A DNA stretch of 63,449 nucleotides, counting the filler, from Olpidium bornovanus S191 (Eukaryota; Fungi; Olpidiomycota): the NCBI GenBank assembly GCA_017911155.1. It is 30 parts of 30 records of this genome, joined end to end, with 100 filler letters (N's around TTAATTAATTAA, not from the genome) between each part and the next. Parts side by side here need not be neighbours in the genome. Positions count along the whole stretch, not along the records: positions 45,794 to 48,654 come from JAEFCI010007623.1; positions 48,755 to 49,779 come from JAEFCI010012031.1; positions 49,880 to 51,937 come from JAEFCI010001338.1; positions 52,038 to 53,831 come from JAEFCI010013319.1; positions 53,932 to 56,300 come from JAEFCI010010251.1; positions 56,401 to 57,660 come from JAEFCI010004519.1; positions 57,761 to 59,082 come from JAEFCI010005474.1; positions 59,183 to 61,493 come from JAEFCI010004602.1; 22 more parts are not named here. The stretch is one strand, 5' to 3'. Position 1 is the stretch's first letter; every line of letters starts with the position of its first letter. Below are positions 46,831 to 59,360 of the stretch, one piece after another. A program made the position numbers and the translations under genes. The notes under the pieces were generated by a model. It worked only from the letters and a program-made list of their open reading frames with translations, was not told the DNA's origin and searched no databases.

Positions 46831-47416
46831 AATGGTTGTACTTTCCCCAACTCCGGCAATCCTCTGCGGGAATGGGGCTGTGGAGAGCACAAATGCTGCA
46901 TGATAGATCAATTTGTTGCCACCCCGCGCGTCGCCGGGATGAAGCTGAAAACTTCGGAAATCCCCCCAGTTCCCTCTTTCGATTTTTTTTTTTTTTTTTT
47001 TTTGGTTGTCCGGCGGGAAATTTCCGCGTTCGCAAAGAAAAAAAAAAATATTCATTTTTCAAAAAGCGAAACGGTTTCCTGCTGTCGGCGTTCTGACGTC
47101 TTGCCAACGGACATTTGACGGAGCCATGAACGAGATCTGGCTAAGAGGGGCGTGGTGGGGTGCGGTGGGGGGGTGGGTGAGGGGAGAAAGGGCGGGGGAC
47201 GAAATTCAGGACGCGAGGACGTTGGAGACGTTTCAGATGCGGCCCGGTCGCCGGGGCCAGCACGGCCAATGCGTTAGAGATGCGAACTGCGTCCTTGCCC
47301 CGCAATTCGATAACCGGCCAAATTCGAATTCGAATTGGCCTCCAGACGCACTTTTCTGCGGCCAATCGCAAAATCGCACACGTGCAGGAAACGACTGGCC
47401 AGACCTTCCCTCCAAC

Positions 47417-48614
47417 ATGGCGACCGCCACCGCCACGCCGGCCGGAGAAGGAGCGGCCCGGCAGTTCGCGTTCCCGCCGATCCACTCTTTCCCGCCGTTC
47501 TACACGTACGTACGTCCCGTCTCTTGCTCCCCTCACCACGTTTCCGAAAATCCGCCGTGGGAGTTGGTTTTTGTTTTTTTTTTTCTCATTTGGCTTCTGG
47601 ACCGCGAAACACGCAAAAGAAAAGGCGGCAGCCGAACCAGAACACGTGGGCGAACCAGGCCGAGCTGTGGTCCCAGGTCATCCGGGGGTACTGCCGGCAC
47701 CACCGCATCTTTTCCTTGCCTCTGAACGAGGCGCTGGACTGGGAGCTGTTTGACAACAAGAAGATCAAACGTTCGTGGGGTTGGAAGGGCGGCCGTATCG
47801 CGCCTTTATTTTTTCTTTTGGCTCTGTGAGACTTCCCATTTTCTTCGTTTTTTGCGCTTCTCTTCTGCCACCGGACAGGAAAACTCGGCCTGTCCGCCGC
47901 ACAAGCCGTCGTTGATTACATGGTACAAAAAGGTCTGCGACGTGTCCCCGCCCATCCGTCACAGGAACCCTCGGATACTGTTATTCGACTCTGAACGGGG
48001 TGGGGGGGTTTTTTTCTCCTGGAAACCTGGTGAACGCTTTTCAGGCGACGCGGAGTGGGATTCTCAGCAGCGGCTGCGATGCCTCGTGTACTGGAAGAAA
48101 CCGTCAGACTGGGCTAACTTGATTTACAAATGGGTGAGCCCCCTTCCCCCCGGGCCCCCGCACATTCCCAAAGCGTCGAAACGATCCAAATTTTACCACA
48201 CGGCAGCGGCTGTGTATGTTTCTCCTCTCCACTTTTCTTTTGTATTGACAGGTCTCGTGCTGCTGGCCCGATTCCGGCCATAATTCTCCCAGGTCGTAGA
48301 CACCGGTAACTTGAATTCGATCTTGACGGTCTACGAATTGATACAGGGGGACACGGCGGTGGCCGCAGGTGTGCTTTTTTTACGTCGCGGCAGGAAACTT
48401 AGATACCCGGGGTTCTGGTTTCAAAAAGTGTTCTGCGGTTCCTAAACACCGAGGTGGTGCGTGGCCTCCCTCCTTTTTTCTTTTTTTTCCATCAAGAGTT
48501 CCACGGGCTGGACCCGAAGATTATGACGAAAGCGCTGGACGTCCTCGCGAAAAGCGGAAAGGCTCAGGTGTTCGAAGGATCATCTTCCGAAGACGTCGGG
48601 GTTAAGTTCTATCC

Positions 48615-48618
<4 letters not shown>
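47417..48618 (+). CDS. VPS25: ESCRT-II subunit Vps25 (complete, 6 exons)
   Basis: FAFPPIHSFPPFYT|RQPN...Q.ELWSQVIRGYC...LFDNKKIKR...VYWKKPSDWANLIYKW...SILTVYELIQGD...EFHGLD...KALDVL..SGKAQVF...GVKFYP*. Confidence 0.96.
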
Positions 48619-48654
<36 letters not shown>

Positions 48655-48754
48655 NNNNNNNNNNNNNNNNNNNNNNNNNNNNNNNNNNNNNNNNNNNNTT
48701 AATTAATTAANNNNNNNNNNNNNNNNNNNNNNNNNNNNNNNNNNNNNNNNNNNN

Positions 48755-49261
48755 CCAGTCGGCGGCGGCGTGGCCCGTGTCCAGGCAGCAACGGCCCGCA
48801 GAAAGGATCAAATTCGACCGCCAAGCCAAGCGGGTTGATGTGCGGAAGCTCAAGGAGAACATCTGGGACTGCATGACTGTTCGGAATGACATGGTACGAA
48901 TTTGACTGCGAAGGGGTTCATTTTCCGATTTCCATCGTGTCTTCAACGTGCCGTTGATGCTTCGATTTCACTGCAGCAGCAAGAGGAGCGGCAGAACTCC
49001 GCTGAGGACGCGATTGCAGCGGGTGATTCTGTGTCACCACGGAAAGCGGACGCCGGGGGTGTCATGACCGGAGGCGAGGAGAGGCGTTTCGTGGACGTGC
49101 TCAAGTCCGTGCGTGCTGGCTACCCCCCAAAGCTTGCGGGCGACATCTCCGCCGCATTCTGCTTCATGTGCCTCCTTCATCTTGCCAATGAGAAGGGCCT
49201 CCATATCCGCAGCGAGGAGGAACTGGGCCAGCTCGTCGTGCGCCAGGAACAAACGGTGTGA
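48755..49261 (+). CDS. BRN1: Condensin I kleisin (Barren/Cnd2) C-terminus
   Basis: IKFDRQAKRVDVRKLKENIW and DISAAFCFMCLLHLANEKGL, which are CAP-H C-terminal motifs. Confidence 0.92.
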
Positions 49262-52037
49262 TGCATGGTGGCGGCCGAGGTGGAAGGCCTCCCGCACCAA
49301 CGCTTTAGAACTGTCAATATGCATGAAGTGGCGCCACTGCCCGTCGCCAATCCATGTCGCCCTGTTTTTGCGCGGAGCTTTGGGGGAAAACATTGCTTTG
49401 CGCACAACAAGGCGGAAAACATCTTTAAGATCTGTTTTCGCGGAAACATTGTTCCTGCGCAAAACATGGGGCCCCTTTTTGTTTTTGTTTTGCCCGGGGC
49501 TTTGCTTTTGCGGGGGAGCTTTTTGTTCAATATTTTTGCGCGTACGGCAGCGGCGAAACGTAAACCTAGACCAAGACGCCTCAGTGTGTGCAAACTGGTG
49601 TCGCAGGAGCCATCCCAAATCCAAAAAAGCAGTTTACAACCTCCTCTGGATATATTAGGCATGTTTTTAGATAAGAAACGCAGCCTTGCGCAGCAGACGA
49701 CCCTTGCTGCCCGGCCGCATCACAGCAAGCATTTAGACCAATTATTGACCCAACCAAGAACAATCGCGTGCTTAATTGCNNNNNNNNNNNNNNNNNNNNN
49801 NNNNNNNNNNNNNNNNNNNNNNNTTAATTAATTAANNNNNNNNNNNNNNNNNNNNNNNNNNNNNNNNNNNNNNNNNNNNCAAGAAGAGTGGCGCTGCGCG
49901 TACGGAGGACGTGGCACAGCAGTTTGCGACGTCGAATGCAGGATAGATTGGCGGGCGGCTTGGGACGGATGGAGAAGAGGAAGAATGTGGAGGAGCCATG
50001 CGGAAACTCGCGGGTACAGAGGCTCGGTGCTTTCGACGTCTTTGGCCAATCTCCCGATGACAAAGACGGCAACACATAAAGGCGCGGCGGGGATACCGAC
50101 GCAGGGGCCGTTCCTGCCACGACGAGTCCCGCAGCATTCACTGCAGGCCTGCCGTCGACTGTATCTGCCTTCGTGGACTTGCCGTTACAATCGAATTGGA
50201 GACGAGGGCGCTGCTGCGTCTAATGTGTTTAGTGCGGCAGGCGTCTGTAGTGCTATTTTGGTACGGGGAAATCAGCACAAAAAAGGGCCTCCGTGGATTT
50301 GCCGAGCCGATGCCGGGTTTGGCGCGGTGGACGCCAGCAACCGGTAGGCCGACGAGGGCAACAGTCAAGGTGCCGCAGCGGTGGGTATGATGTGTTTAGC
50401 AGTGGCATTGGGAGAGACGTGCGCCGTCGCAGAGGATATCCTGCGGGCCATCTTTCGCTTTGGGCGGTGCGGAAAGTTGGTGGAGGGGGGGGGAGCGGGG
50501 CGTTCGTGAGTGCCTCCTGTGCGCTCTGCGCGTGCTGGACGTCCCGAGACGCATAGCAAGCGCACTAGCTGAAACAGCACCGCCGCGATTCTCGCAGATC
50601 TTGCGCTGGCGCGGCGCGCCATCTATCAGGCGTATTATGGGGATTTCGCACGGCGGCGCGGGGGCGAACCGCGCGTCGCGTCGCGCGGTCGCGCGCGTGT
50701 AACTGCGGGCTTGCTGTCGTTGCTTTTTAAGCGTTCGGCCGTTAAGGAGGAACTGAAAAGCGTCGGCGTCCAGCAAACCGCCAGCGCCGACGCCGAGGCG
50801 CCACATAACCCGAAAAGCACCTCTGCAAAGCTTGACGGAGGTTTGCTTTTTTGGATGCCGGTTGCGTTAGCACCAGCGGGGCTGCGAGGGTAACTGTCGA
50901 GCCGGATTATCGTTTCGGACCCGGGACGGGAGGCAATGGTGCGATGCAAGCGGCGCGGCGCCAGACGCGCAAAACGGAGTCCGTTGCGCGAGGCGCCTTG
51001 TTAGGCGGACTCGACAGCCATGGGGGAAGGGGTTGCGGAGAAGCAACGCAAGAAGGGCGGAGGCGTGGCGCGGTCGAACGGCGCTCTGTTTGCCGACTGC
51101 TGGCGTACTTGGCATGCCCCGCCAATATCTCCAAAAGCAGGTCGCAGAATATTTCCGGATCCAACAAGCCCAAGGATGCCCAGCATTGCTTGCGGACGAA
51201 CTTCGCTTGTTGCGGGCACGCAGCCGTTCGACCCAAAGGAAATATGAGAACAATTCCAGAATTGGCGGAGCCGCGACCGGGATCGCACGTAAAACCAGCT
51301 CCTTTGGCAAACCTATGCTCTCCCCGCCTGCCAAATCCAAAACAATCCGTTATAGTCGCGGGCCCTGTTACGTTATGAGGAATCCGTAATTAAACGGCTC
51401 GGTCGGGTGACGGTTTAATTTTTCTCATCGTCGGTGCTTCCTTTGCAAAGGCGCATCAACTGTAAGACGTCGAGAGTTTTGTTGGCCCGAAAAAGCAGTT
51501 GGTGACAGAAGCGAAAATCACCTTGTTATGACAGCATTGGCAGTTCTGTTTGGCAGCAACTCCTGCAATTGTTCTCCTGTGGACGACCGGAGACAGACTG
51601 CGTCCAAAAAGCGTTTTTTTATCTTTCTCTAGACAGCGGCAAAACGCACAGGATTGCGGTTTGACAGGACGGCGGAAGGCCCGTGTGCAGTTTTTTTTTG
51701 GGTTTTGTTTCTCATTCCTGGCTGTTGCTGTGAGCCGCTAGTTGTTTCGTTAGTTATTGCCGTAGCGGCCGGCGCGAGCCCCACCGCTCCGCACGGATCT
51801 GCGAGTTCCGTCAAGCTGTGCCCGGCAAAGCGCAAACTGGCAGAGCAGAACGCCAAAATGCAGTCAATTCGTTTTATAACAGCCTCAATTTCACAGACAA
51901 ATTTTGTCTGTTATAGTGAACGGCTGTTAATCCCATGNNNNNNNNNNNNNNNNNNNNNNNNNNNNNNNNNNNNNNNNNNNNTTAATTAATTAANNNNNNN
52001 NNNNNNNNNNNNNNNNNNNNNNNNNNNNNNNNNNNNN

Positions 52038-52073
<36 letters not shown>

Positions 52074-52188
52074 CACGCCCGGCCGTTCTTAAAAAAGTCC
52101 CTCTCCCACCGAAAGCGCAAAAAAAGGAGAAATTGTTCGCCGCCGTCGTACACACGTCGTTGTTTCTCCGCGCCCCTCAAAAAAATAG

Positions 52189-53809
52189 ATGTTGTCTTCG
52201 AAACGCGCCGCGGCGGTCGCGCTCGCTGTGGCGGGCGGCCTGATCGCCGCCGCAGCAGCAGTAGAGGTAGCGCAGGGCCCGGCAGCGCAGGGCCCAGCAC
52301 CGCCGGGTCCGTTCGAATCGCCGGCGATCCCGCGGGCGCTGCTCCCCCAGTCGCTCCAGGACGCGAGCTGCGTGTGTCCGGAACTCGAGAAGGACGGCCA
52401 CGCCTACATCCGGTGGATCGCGGAATTCTTCCACGATTGGTGAGCGAAGAGGGGAGAGTTGGGGCTTTTTTGTTGTTTTTTTGTTTACGTTTTCGTTTTT
52501 TTTGTTTTTTTTTGACCCGGGGTGCTGTTTTGTTGTTTCCGACTAACCAACAAAAAAACCCCCCACCACGTTTTCGCCGGGTTTCGTTCTATTGCCCGCT
52601 TCTTGCAGCGTGTATACCTCGACGGAGGTGGCGAGCTTTTTCTGCGGCCTGGCCACCACGTTGATCTGGTTCATCGCTCAGCTGCCCCAGATTTGCAAGA
52701 ACTTCCACAATCGGGAAGTCGACGGCCTCAGCAAGTGGCTGCTGATAATATGGTGCGCTTTTTTTCTTTCGTTTGCGTAGGGAGACGAAAGAAAAACAGA
52801 ATCCCCGGCGCCCCAAATCCCTATTCGCTGAACGAAATATTTATTTTTCTTTCTTGGCCCCCCACCCGCTTTACTTTTTTTTCCGAATAACAAAAAGGCT
52901 CGCTGGTGACGCCACCAACCTCCTCGGCTCCATCCTCACAGACGCGCTCAAGACGCAGATAATCACCGGGTACTACTTCTGCATGATAAACACCATCATG
53001 GTCGTGCAGCACGCCTACTACACCCTGTTCTTCTCCGGCCTTCGACGGAACGCGCAGCCGGGCGAGTCGCGTCAGCAGCCGGCGAGCCGGACGACGCGGT
53101 TCAGGGCCGCCGCGGGCATTTTCACCATGGTCTCCCTGCTGATCTCCCTGATGATCTGGGACCACAGCCGCTCCCCGCCGCCTACGCTCAGCCCGGACCT
53201 AGTCGCCAGCTGCGAGAGCTCCCCGAACCTCTCGCCCGAGATCAGGGTTTTGGGGTCCGTCATTTCCTGGTGCAGCGGGATGCTGTACTTTCTGTGCCGG
53301 TGGGTCTCTTGTTTGCTGTTCTGTTTTCGTTTTTTTTGTTTTGGTTTTGCGTTTTTTGTAATGATTTTTTGTTTCTTTTTTGTTTTCCTTTCCTTTCCTT
53401 TCCTTTTCTTGTTTGTTCTTTTTTTATGAAAAAAAAAAGCATTCCGCAGATTCTCGAAAACTACCGACGCAAGTCCGTGCTGGGGCTCAGCCTGGCGATG
53501 TTTGGCTTCGCGATCGCGGCCAACGTGTCCTACGGGACGTCGATCGTGCTGCGCTTGCCGGCGGTCGACGCCTCCTTTTGGTCGGACAAGTTCCCGTTCC
53601 TCCTCGGCAGCTTCGGCACCCTGATTTTCGACATCATCATCATGATCCAGGCCGCCGCGTACGGGTTCGTTGCGCCCGCCGCTCCCGGCGGGGCCTCGAA
53701 AGCGGGAAAGGCGGAAACGGGGGAGCCCGCGGCGGCGGCGGCGGCGGCGGCGGGCATACCCGGCCAGAGGTATTCGCTCGCGCCGTCAGAAAAGGGTCTT
53801 GCCGTATGA
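52189..53809 (+). CDS. PQ-loop vacuolar/lysosomal cationic amino-acid transporter (Ypq1/PQLC2-like)
   Basis: Two PQ motifs (AQLPQICKNF...GLS and RIPQILENY.RKSVLGLS), GDATNLLGSIL, PFLLGS.GTL.FD, multiple transmembrane segments, and an N-terminal YIRWIAEFFHDC. Confidence 0.92.
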
Positions 53810-53931
53810 TACCCCACACTCGAAGGGCATGNNNNNNNNNNNNNNNNNNNNNNNNNNNNNNNNNNNNNNNNNNNNTTAATTAATTAANNNNNNNNNNNNN
53901 NNNNNNNNNNNNNNNNNNNNNNNNNNNNNNN

Positions 53932-54049
53932 AAGGTCTCCGAGAAGCTGCGGGACCGAAAAGACGCGTCAGGATCCACACCGGGCCATGCGTCCAAGAAA
54001 ATGGAGCAGGAAGAACTGCGCAAAAAAGGTGCATGTTTCTACTGCAAAC
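53932..54049 (+). pseudogene. Gag zinc-knuckle fragment of another retroelement, interrupted by an LTR
   Basis: KKMEQEELRKKGACFYCK, typical of a gag CCHC start, stops exactly at the TGTTGG LTR start. Confidence 0.65.
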
Positions 54050-54161
54050 TGTTGGATCGCACTGATCGGAACACCTAAATGTTTTGTACCCCCTTTATGT
54101 AATTTTACTCTCTGAATATGACGCGTCTCCGTACGCACTGCAAAACTCCCCATAACCGACA
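54050..54161 (+). mobile_element. Short 5' LTR (112 bp)
   Basis: TGTTGG...CCGACA (5/6 terminal inverted match), directly followed by the PBS. Confidence 0.78.
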
Positions 54162-54173
54162 GGTTATGAGCCC
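54162..54173 (+). promoter_or_regulatory. Half-tRNAiMet primer-binding site GGTTATGAGCCC
   Basis: Identical to the PBS at 40159-40170 and adjacent to the LTR end ACA. Confidence 0.88.
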
Positions 54174-54194
54174 AAGCCGGACCTGACGGCGAAG

Positions 54195-54605
54195 CTCGCA
54201 GCGCAGCCCGCCGCCGCCGCCGCCGCCTCCGCCGTCCCCGTCCCCGCAGCTGCCATCCCCGCAGGTCCGCCGCCCGCAGCTCGCCGCCGCCGCCTCCGCC
54301 GTCCCCGTCCCCGCAGCTGCCATCCCCGCAGCTCCGCCGTCGCCGCTCCGCCGCCGGCGCCCGCAGCTCGCCGACGCCGTTGCCGCCGCCGTTGCCGCCG
54401 CCGCCGCAGCCGCCTCCGCCGCCCCCGTCCCCGCAGCTGCCATCCCCGCAGCTCCGCCGTCGCCGCTCCGCCGCCGGCGCCCGCAGCTCGCCGGCGCCGT
54501 TGCCGCCGCCGCCGTTGCCGCCGTTGCCGCCGCCGCCGTTGCCGCCGTTGCCGCCGCCGCCGTTGCCGCCGTTGCCGCCGCCGCCGTTGCCGCCGTTGCC
54601 GCCGC

Positions 54606-54639
<34 letters not shown>

Positions 54640-54900
54640 GCCTCCGCCGTCCCCGCCGCCGCAGCTGCCAACCCCGCAGCTCCGCCGTCCCCTTTCCCGC
54701 GCGCCGGCCCGTACCGCCGCCGCTTCGCCCATCGGCACCGCCGACACTTCGCCCCCGCCGGCTCCATCGTCGCTTCGCTTTCCGGCCGCCGCCGCTCGCT
54801 GCTTGCTGCCAACACCGCCACTGGCCCAAACGCGAGCCGTCGCTCATCGCCCGCCTCTGCGCAGCCGGCACGGCCGCCGTTGCCGAGAGCCGGACTTGCC
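54195..54900. repeat. GC-rich composite repeat (GCC/GCCGTT and CCGTCCCCGCAGCT units) in the retroelement leader
   Basis: Directly visible between the PBS and the gag start. Confidence 0.85.
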
Positions 54901-54991
54901 GTAACGACCTAAAATATTTTCTTAAGCTTGGCTCCGCGCCACGGCTCCGTTACAGTGCCTTCATTGTGCCACCACTGACGTTAACGTCGCC

Positions 54992-56300
54992 ATGCCGTTT
55001 GATAAAGGCGAGCCGGCTAGTGCCTCCAAGCCGGATAAACGTGCCATCTTCTCACAAGCTCCGCGTCTTGGGGATCCCTTCACCGAGGCTCCTGCCCATC
55101 AGGTACAACCTCCTGCTGGCCTGGATGAAGTAGAGGAACTGCGTGCCGCTTTGCAAGAAGCACAGAATCAACTTCGACGCCAAGAACGCCGGCAACGCAC
55201 CTACAGTAATCAAAACCTCATGCAGGGGCTGCTTAACAACGACTCTCAAGTTGGTCTTTGCTGAAATTAATAAGTTCAATGGCAGGGGACCGACCATTGC
55301 TACAGATTTACGCTTGTTCGTTACAAAAATGGAAAGATTCTTTAAACTCAGTTGCACAGGCATTACCACACAAGCGGATCTAGCTGCAACCAAGCTTGAC
55401 GGTATGCCCGCCACTCTTTGGTTCAACCACCTCAGGATGTTTCAAGACGAGGATGATGCCACATGGGTTAACATGAAAGATCTGTTGCAAATGCATTACG
55501 GCAATGACAACGAGTTTATGGAAACATCCAGGAGACTGCAAAGATTGACCCAAACTGGTTCTGTCATGGAGTATACCGCCCAGTTCAATGTATTAAGTTT
55601 CCTTCTTGAAGGTGCTTTGAGCTCAAGGGCATTGACAACACAATATTTTAATAACCTGGCAGATTATGTAAAACGGGCCATTGCCGCAGTCCCAGGGAAT
55701 CTGGATGACCTCGGCGTTTGTCAACGCGCTGCACTACAGTTTGATGCCGCCACCCGCCAAACTCGGTATGGCCACCAAGACTGGTCTAATTGCCAAAGCC
55801 GGCCTGACCAGCAGAGGTGGCACATAGCATCTGATCGACCCCACTTGGACGCGCGACGACCACCTGTTCATCATGACGCACGAACACCTTCGGCCCATCA
55901 CGGGCGTACCATGGCACCTCGTATGCGTGATGCCCACAGTACTTGCTCCCGAGATACACCCCCTTTGCAAACCTCTTATGTGATTGGAGCCGCCTCGCAG
56001 AAGCACAACAGCCCCCTTAACCCATGCAAATTTTGTTCTTCTCCTGTGCATTTTCCGAGCGATTGCCCGCTTATTCCAGCTGATCTTCATGCTCATGCAT
56101 CGGCAAATATTGAACGCATGAATGCAAACTCAGGGTCTACTCCCCGCGATTCAAGTAACCCTTCAGGATGTACCACCACCTCCAATGCTCACGCTTTGCA
56201 CAGCGGTTGCCAACCGCACCAGGCGCAGACATATTCCACCCGCTCTCGTGCTTTCTGCAGTGTTTTACATTCTGGCACTGACCTCCCAGTACCTCACATG
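54992..56300 (+). mobile_element. LTR-retrotransposon gag with CCHC zinc knuckle; frameshift near 55200-55260
   Basis: LKLVFAEINKFNG...AATKLDGMPATLWF...TWVNMKDLLQMHY...LQRLTQTGSVMEYTAQF...CKFCSSPVHFPSDC (CX2CX4HX4C). Ends VLHSG...HM at the contig edge, possibly a decayed protease motif. Confidence 0.88.
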
Positions 56301-56599
56301 NNNNNNNNNNNNNNNNNNNNNNNNNNNNNNNNNNNNNNNNNNNNTTAATTAATTAANNNNNNNNNNNNNNNNNNNNNNNNNNNNNNNNNNNNNNNNNNNN
56401 CATAGCAGCCAGAAATACGAGCGCGAATCTGGAGACGTGTGGCATTTTGTCTGGTGTCCTGGTAGGCGAATTCAAGCTTAAGTGAAGTTCGTTTTATCGA
56501 ATAGTATTGTCCGCTAACATGGACACGCGGAACTCTGTGCAGGATAAAATTCGCCAGCTCGGGGGGAGTTTGGGTTCCGGACCCCGGTTGAACATCCCC

Positions 56600-57660
56600 C
56601 GTCGATCTGCGGGCCGCCCGTCCTTGTTCAACGCACCGCGGTCGCGAGATGCTCTCTGGCCATCCTGAACAGCTTCTCGGACATGCGCTCGCGCTGCCTC
56701 GCGATCCACTCCCCGCGGTCCTCGTCCGAGGAGCGGTCGCCGCCCGCGGGCCGCCGTGCTGGCGCGGGCGGCCGCCACGTCGGGGACAGGGGCCGGTCGG
56801 GCTGCGCCTGCTGGACGAGATGCGCGATGCGCAGCTCCCGCGGGGCCGAGGGACGCGGCGGGACGACGGGCGCGCCGGACGGAGGCGCGTCGCCGCCGGC
56901 TCTGGTGTGCTTCGGCTGGAAATCCGCCGTTGAAGGGGAAAATGTCGCGGCTCGGGGGAAAGGGGGGGGGAGGGGGAGGGGAAACGGCCGGGACTCTCTT
57001 TGTGTCAAACGTTCGTCAAACCCTCACCAAAAAACCGTCCGCGGGGCGTAATTGAAACAGTCGGCAAACCCCTCCCCCCCGTTTTTACCTCGAGGCGCAC
57101 GTGTTCCCGCTGCAAGCGGTGTATCCTTTTACATGCGACTGCCAGACGCTCGTGCGACACGGCCGGGAACCTGCGCCTCGCCTTTTGTCAGGGATCACAC
57201 GGCGTTCACGCTGTCAGCGTTCCACGGCACCGCTCGCCTCCGCAACCCGGCAACATTCGGAGCCCGGCCCGTCCCCCCGCTCACCGAAGGACCCGTCTCG
57301 CGGAACATGTCCTCGATCCTGGGCGCCCGTACGCCGTCCGGCGCGCCGCGGCGCACCGGGCCGCCGCCGAGGTACAGGCTCTTGAGGGCCGCGCGGCCGG
57401 CCTCGCACTTCTCGCGCACGGCCTCCTCGACCATCCCCCTTGCCGCCGCGAGCTGATCCTTGCCCCGGTCCTCCCGCGCGTCGACCACATCCTGCGCCGC
57501 CGCAACTTGAGCCTCGTTTTCCTCTAGCTGGCACCGCTCCATGCGGAGCTTGGTCCACTCCTTCAAGAGTTGGCCGCGCTGGTCGGCCAATCTCCTCTGC
57601 GACTGGTCGAGGCGCTGACGCTCTGGATCAGGTATCGGGACAGATTGAGCGGGTCGTCGA
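56600..57660 (-). CDS. Coiled-coil protein fragment, unassigned
   Basis: QRGQLLKEWTKLRMERCQLEENEAQV... and a later exon EWIARQRERMSEKLFRMAREHLATAVR*, with coding-like codon bias. Confidence 0.45.
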
Positions 57661-58643
57661 NNNNNNNNNNNNNNNNNNNNNNNNNNNNNNNNNNNNNNNN
57701 NNNNTTAATTAATTAANNNNNNNNNNNNNNNNNNNNNNNNNNNNNNNNNNNNNNNNNNNNGGCATCTTTTATATAGTTGTACCTCCTTTTACTTCTTTTT
57801 TTGGACGGCCGCGATATCGCTGACGTCAAACTTAGCCGGTTCTGCAATGGCAGAGACCGTTGCCCAGGAAGCACCACGTGGAGGTGTTTGACAAGCTTCC
57901 CTTTTCTTTTTCAAGAAAAAAACCCTCAAGGAGGGAAAAAAAACCCCGGAGGTTGCAGGAAGTTAGCAGCTTTCCAATGGACGCGTTAAACAGTTCCAGC
58001 CTTCCTCAGAGGTTGGAACCTTCCTGGGTAACATGCTGTGCGCCCTCTGGAGACACGGTACCACTGGAAAGGGCTGGCTGACAGTGATTGAAGGGCAAAG
58101 AATTCACTTCGACCACGCGCGACTCCCGGCCTTCAATACGACGACCATTTGCGTGGCCCACCCCGGAAGATTACGCACACCCTTGAGGTCCTCGGCAAGG
58201 AACGTGGTCCAGGACAGCGAAGATATCACATACTCGGGCAGTAGGTCCCGTTTCCGGCCACCCCTTATTCCTGAGCTAACGTGGCACTCGGCCGCGAGGG
58301 GCCAGATTCCCGGCCGGGGCCAGGTACGCGCTTTCCGACATGGGGGCGTTCCCGACTGCGCACAGTCTGCGGCCAACTCCGGCAAGAAATGTGGTCCAGC
58401 AGCGGGGAAATTTGACGACTGCCCACAGCGGGCGGCCATCTCCGCCGGCCAAAGTTTCAAAAATGACGACTGACCTTGTGCAAACAACGTGCGGCGGAGG
58501 AAGCTTCCACGAACGGTAGCTTGACGAGGACGCGTGGGGTTGGGGAAAAGGGGAGGCAAGGTTAGCCTACTGGTTCTCAGAGGGGCCCGGGGCGGACCGG
58601 CATGGGGGTGCGCGGGAGCAAGCTTTCACGTGACCTGCCGGCG

Positions 58644-58752
58644 GGTGCCCTCGGAAACCCCGCCGGTGCCCTCGGAAACCCCGCGGGTGCCTTCGGAAAC
58701 TTCGCCGGTGCCCTCGGAAACCCTGCCGGTGCCCTCGGAAACCCCGCCGGTG
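58644..58752. repeat. 21-bp tandem repeat GGTGCCCTCGGAAACCCCGCC x5
   Basis: Directly visible. Confidence 0.93.
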
Positions 58753-59317
58753 TGGAAGAATTTCCAGGCATGGTGGCGAAATGGGCGAGGAAGGGGAGGG
58801 CTGTGCGGGTAGGGGCCGAAAGGGGGACGTGTCGAGAAGGAGAAGGGGCCCGAAATATCGACTCATCTCGTCGCGGAACCGAGCTGTGGAAAGGAAATTA
58901 AACGTGTGACCACAACGCGTGACGCGTGGGAGAAGAAAGGAGACGGTGTCGGAGAAGTTTCGCTCTGCCGCCCGCAGCCGAGCAGCGGGCGAGCCCTGGG
59001 GTAGGCAAAACCCCCCCCCCCCCCTAAAAACAACAGAGCACTCCGTAGTTTTCCTTTCCTTTGCGCATAACCTCCCATAAAANNNNNNNNNNNNNNNNNN
59101 NNNNNNNNNNNNNNNNNNNNNNNNNNTTAATTAATTAANNNNNNNNNNNNNNNNNNNNNNNNNNNNNNNNNNNNNNNNNNNNCCCCCCCCCCCCCCCCCC
59201 TTCCCCTCAACGCCACGCTCTCCTCCCCGCCTCCCCGGCGCCGGGCGTATGCGTCGTATGGGCAGGAAGCCGACAAAAACCGAAAACACGAGTCGAGGGG
59301 CGGATCTCACGATTTCT

Positions 59318-59350
<33 letters not shown>

Positions 59351-59360
59351 AAAAAATTAC

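Noticed and set aside
48616-48654. Poly(A) directly after the VPS25 stop, suggesting a processed retrocopy
   Set aside because: The gene retains five GT-AG introns, and the A-run is a contig-end homopolymer.
49880-51400. Minus-strand protein-like segments (SIGLPKELVLRAIP..., LLDPEIFCDLLLEIL)
   Set aside because: No family recognised and the frames are inconsistent, so not called.
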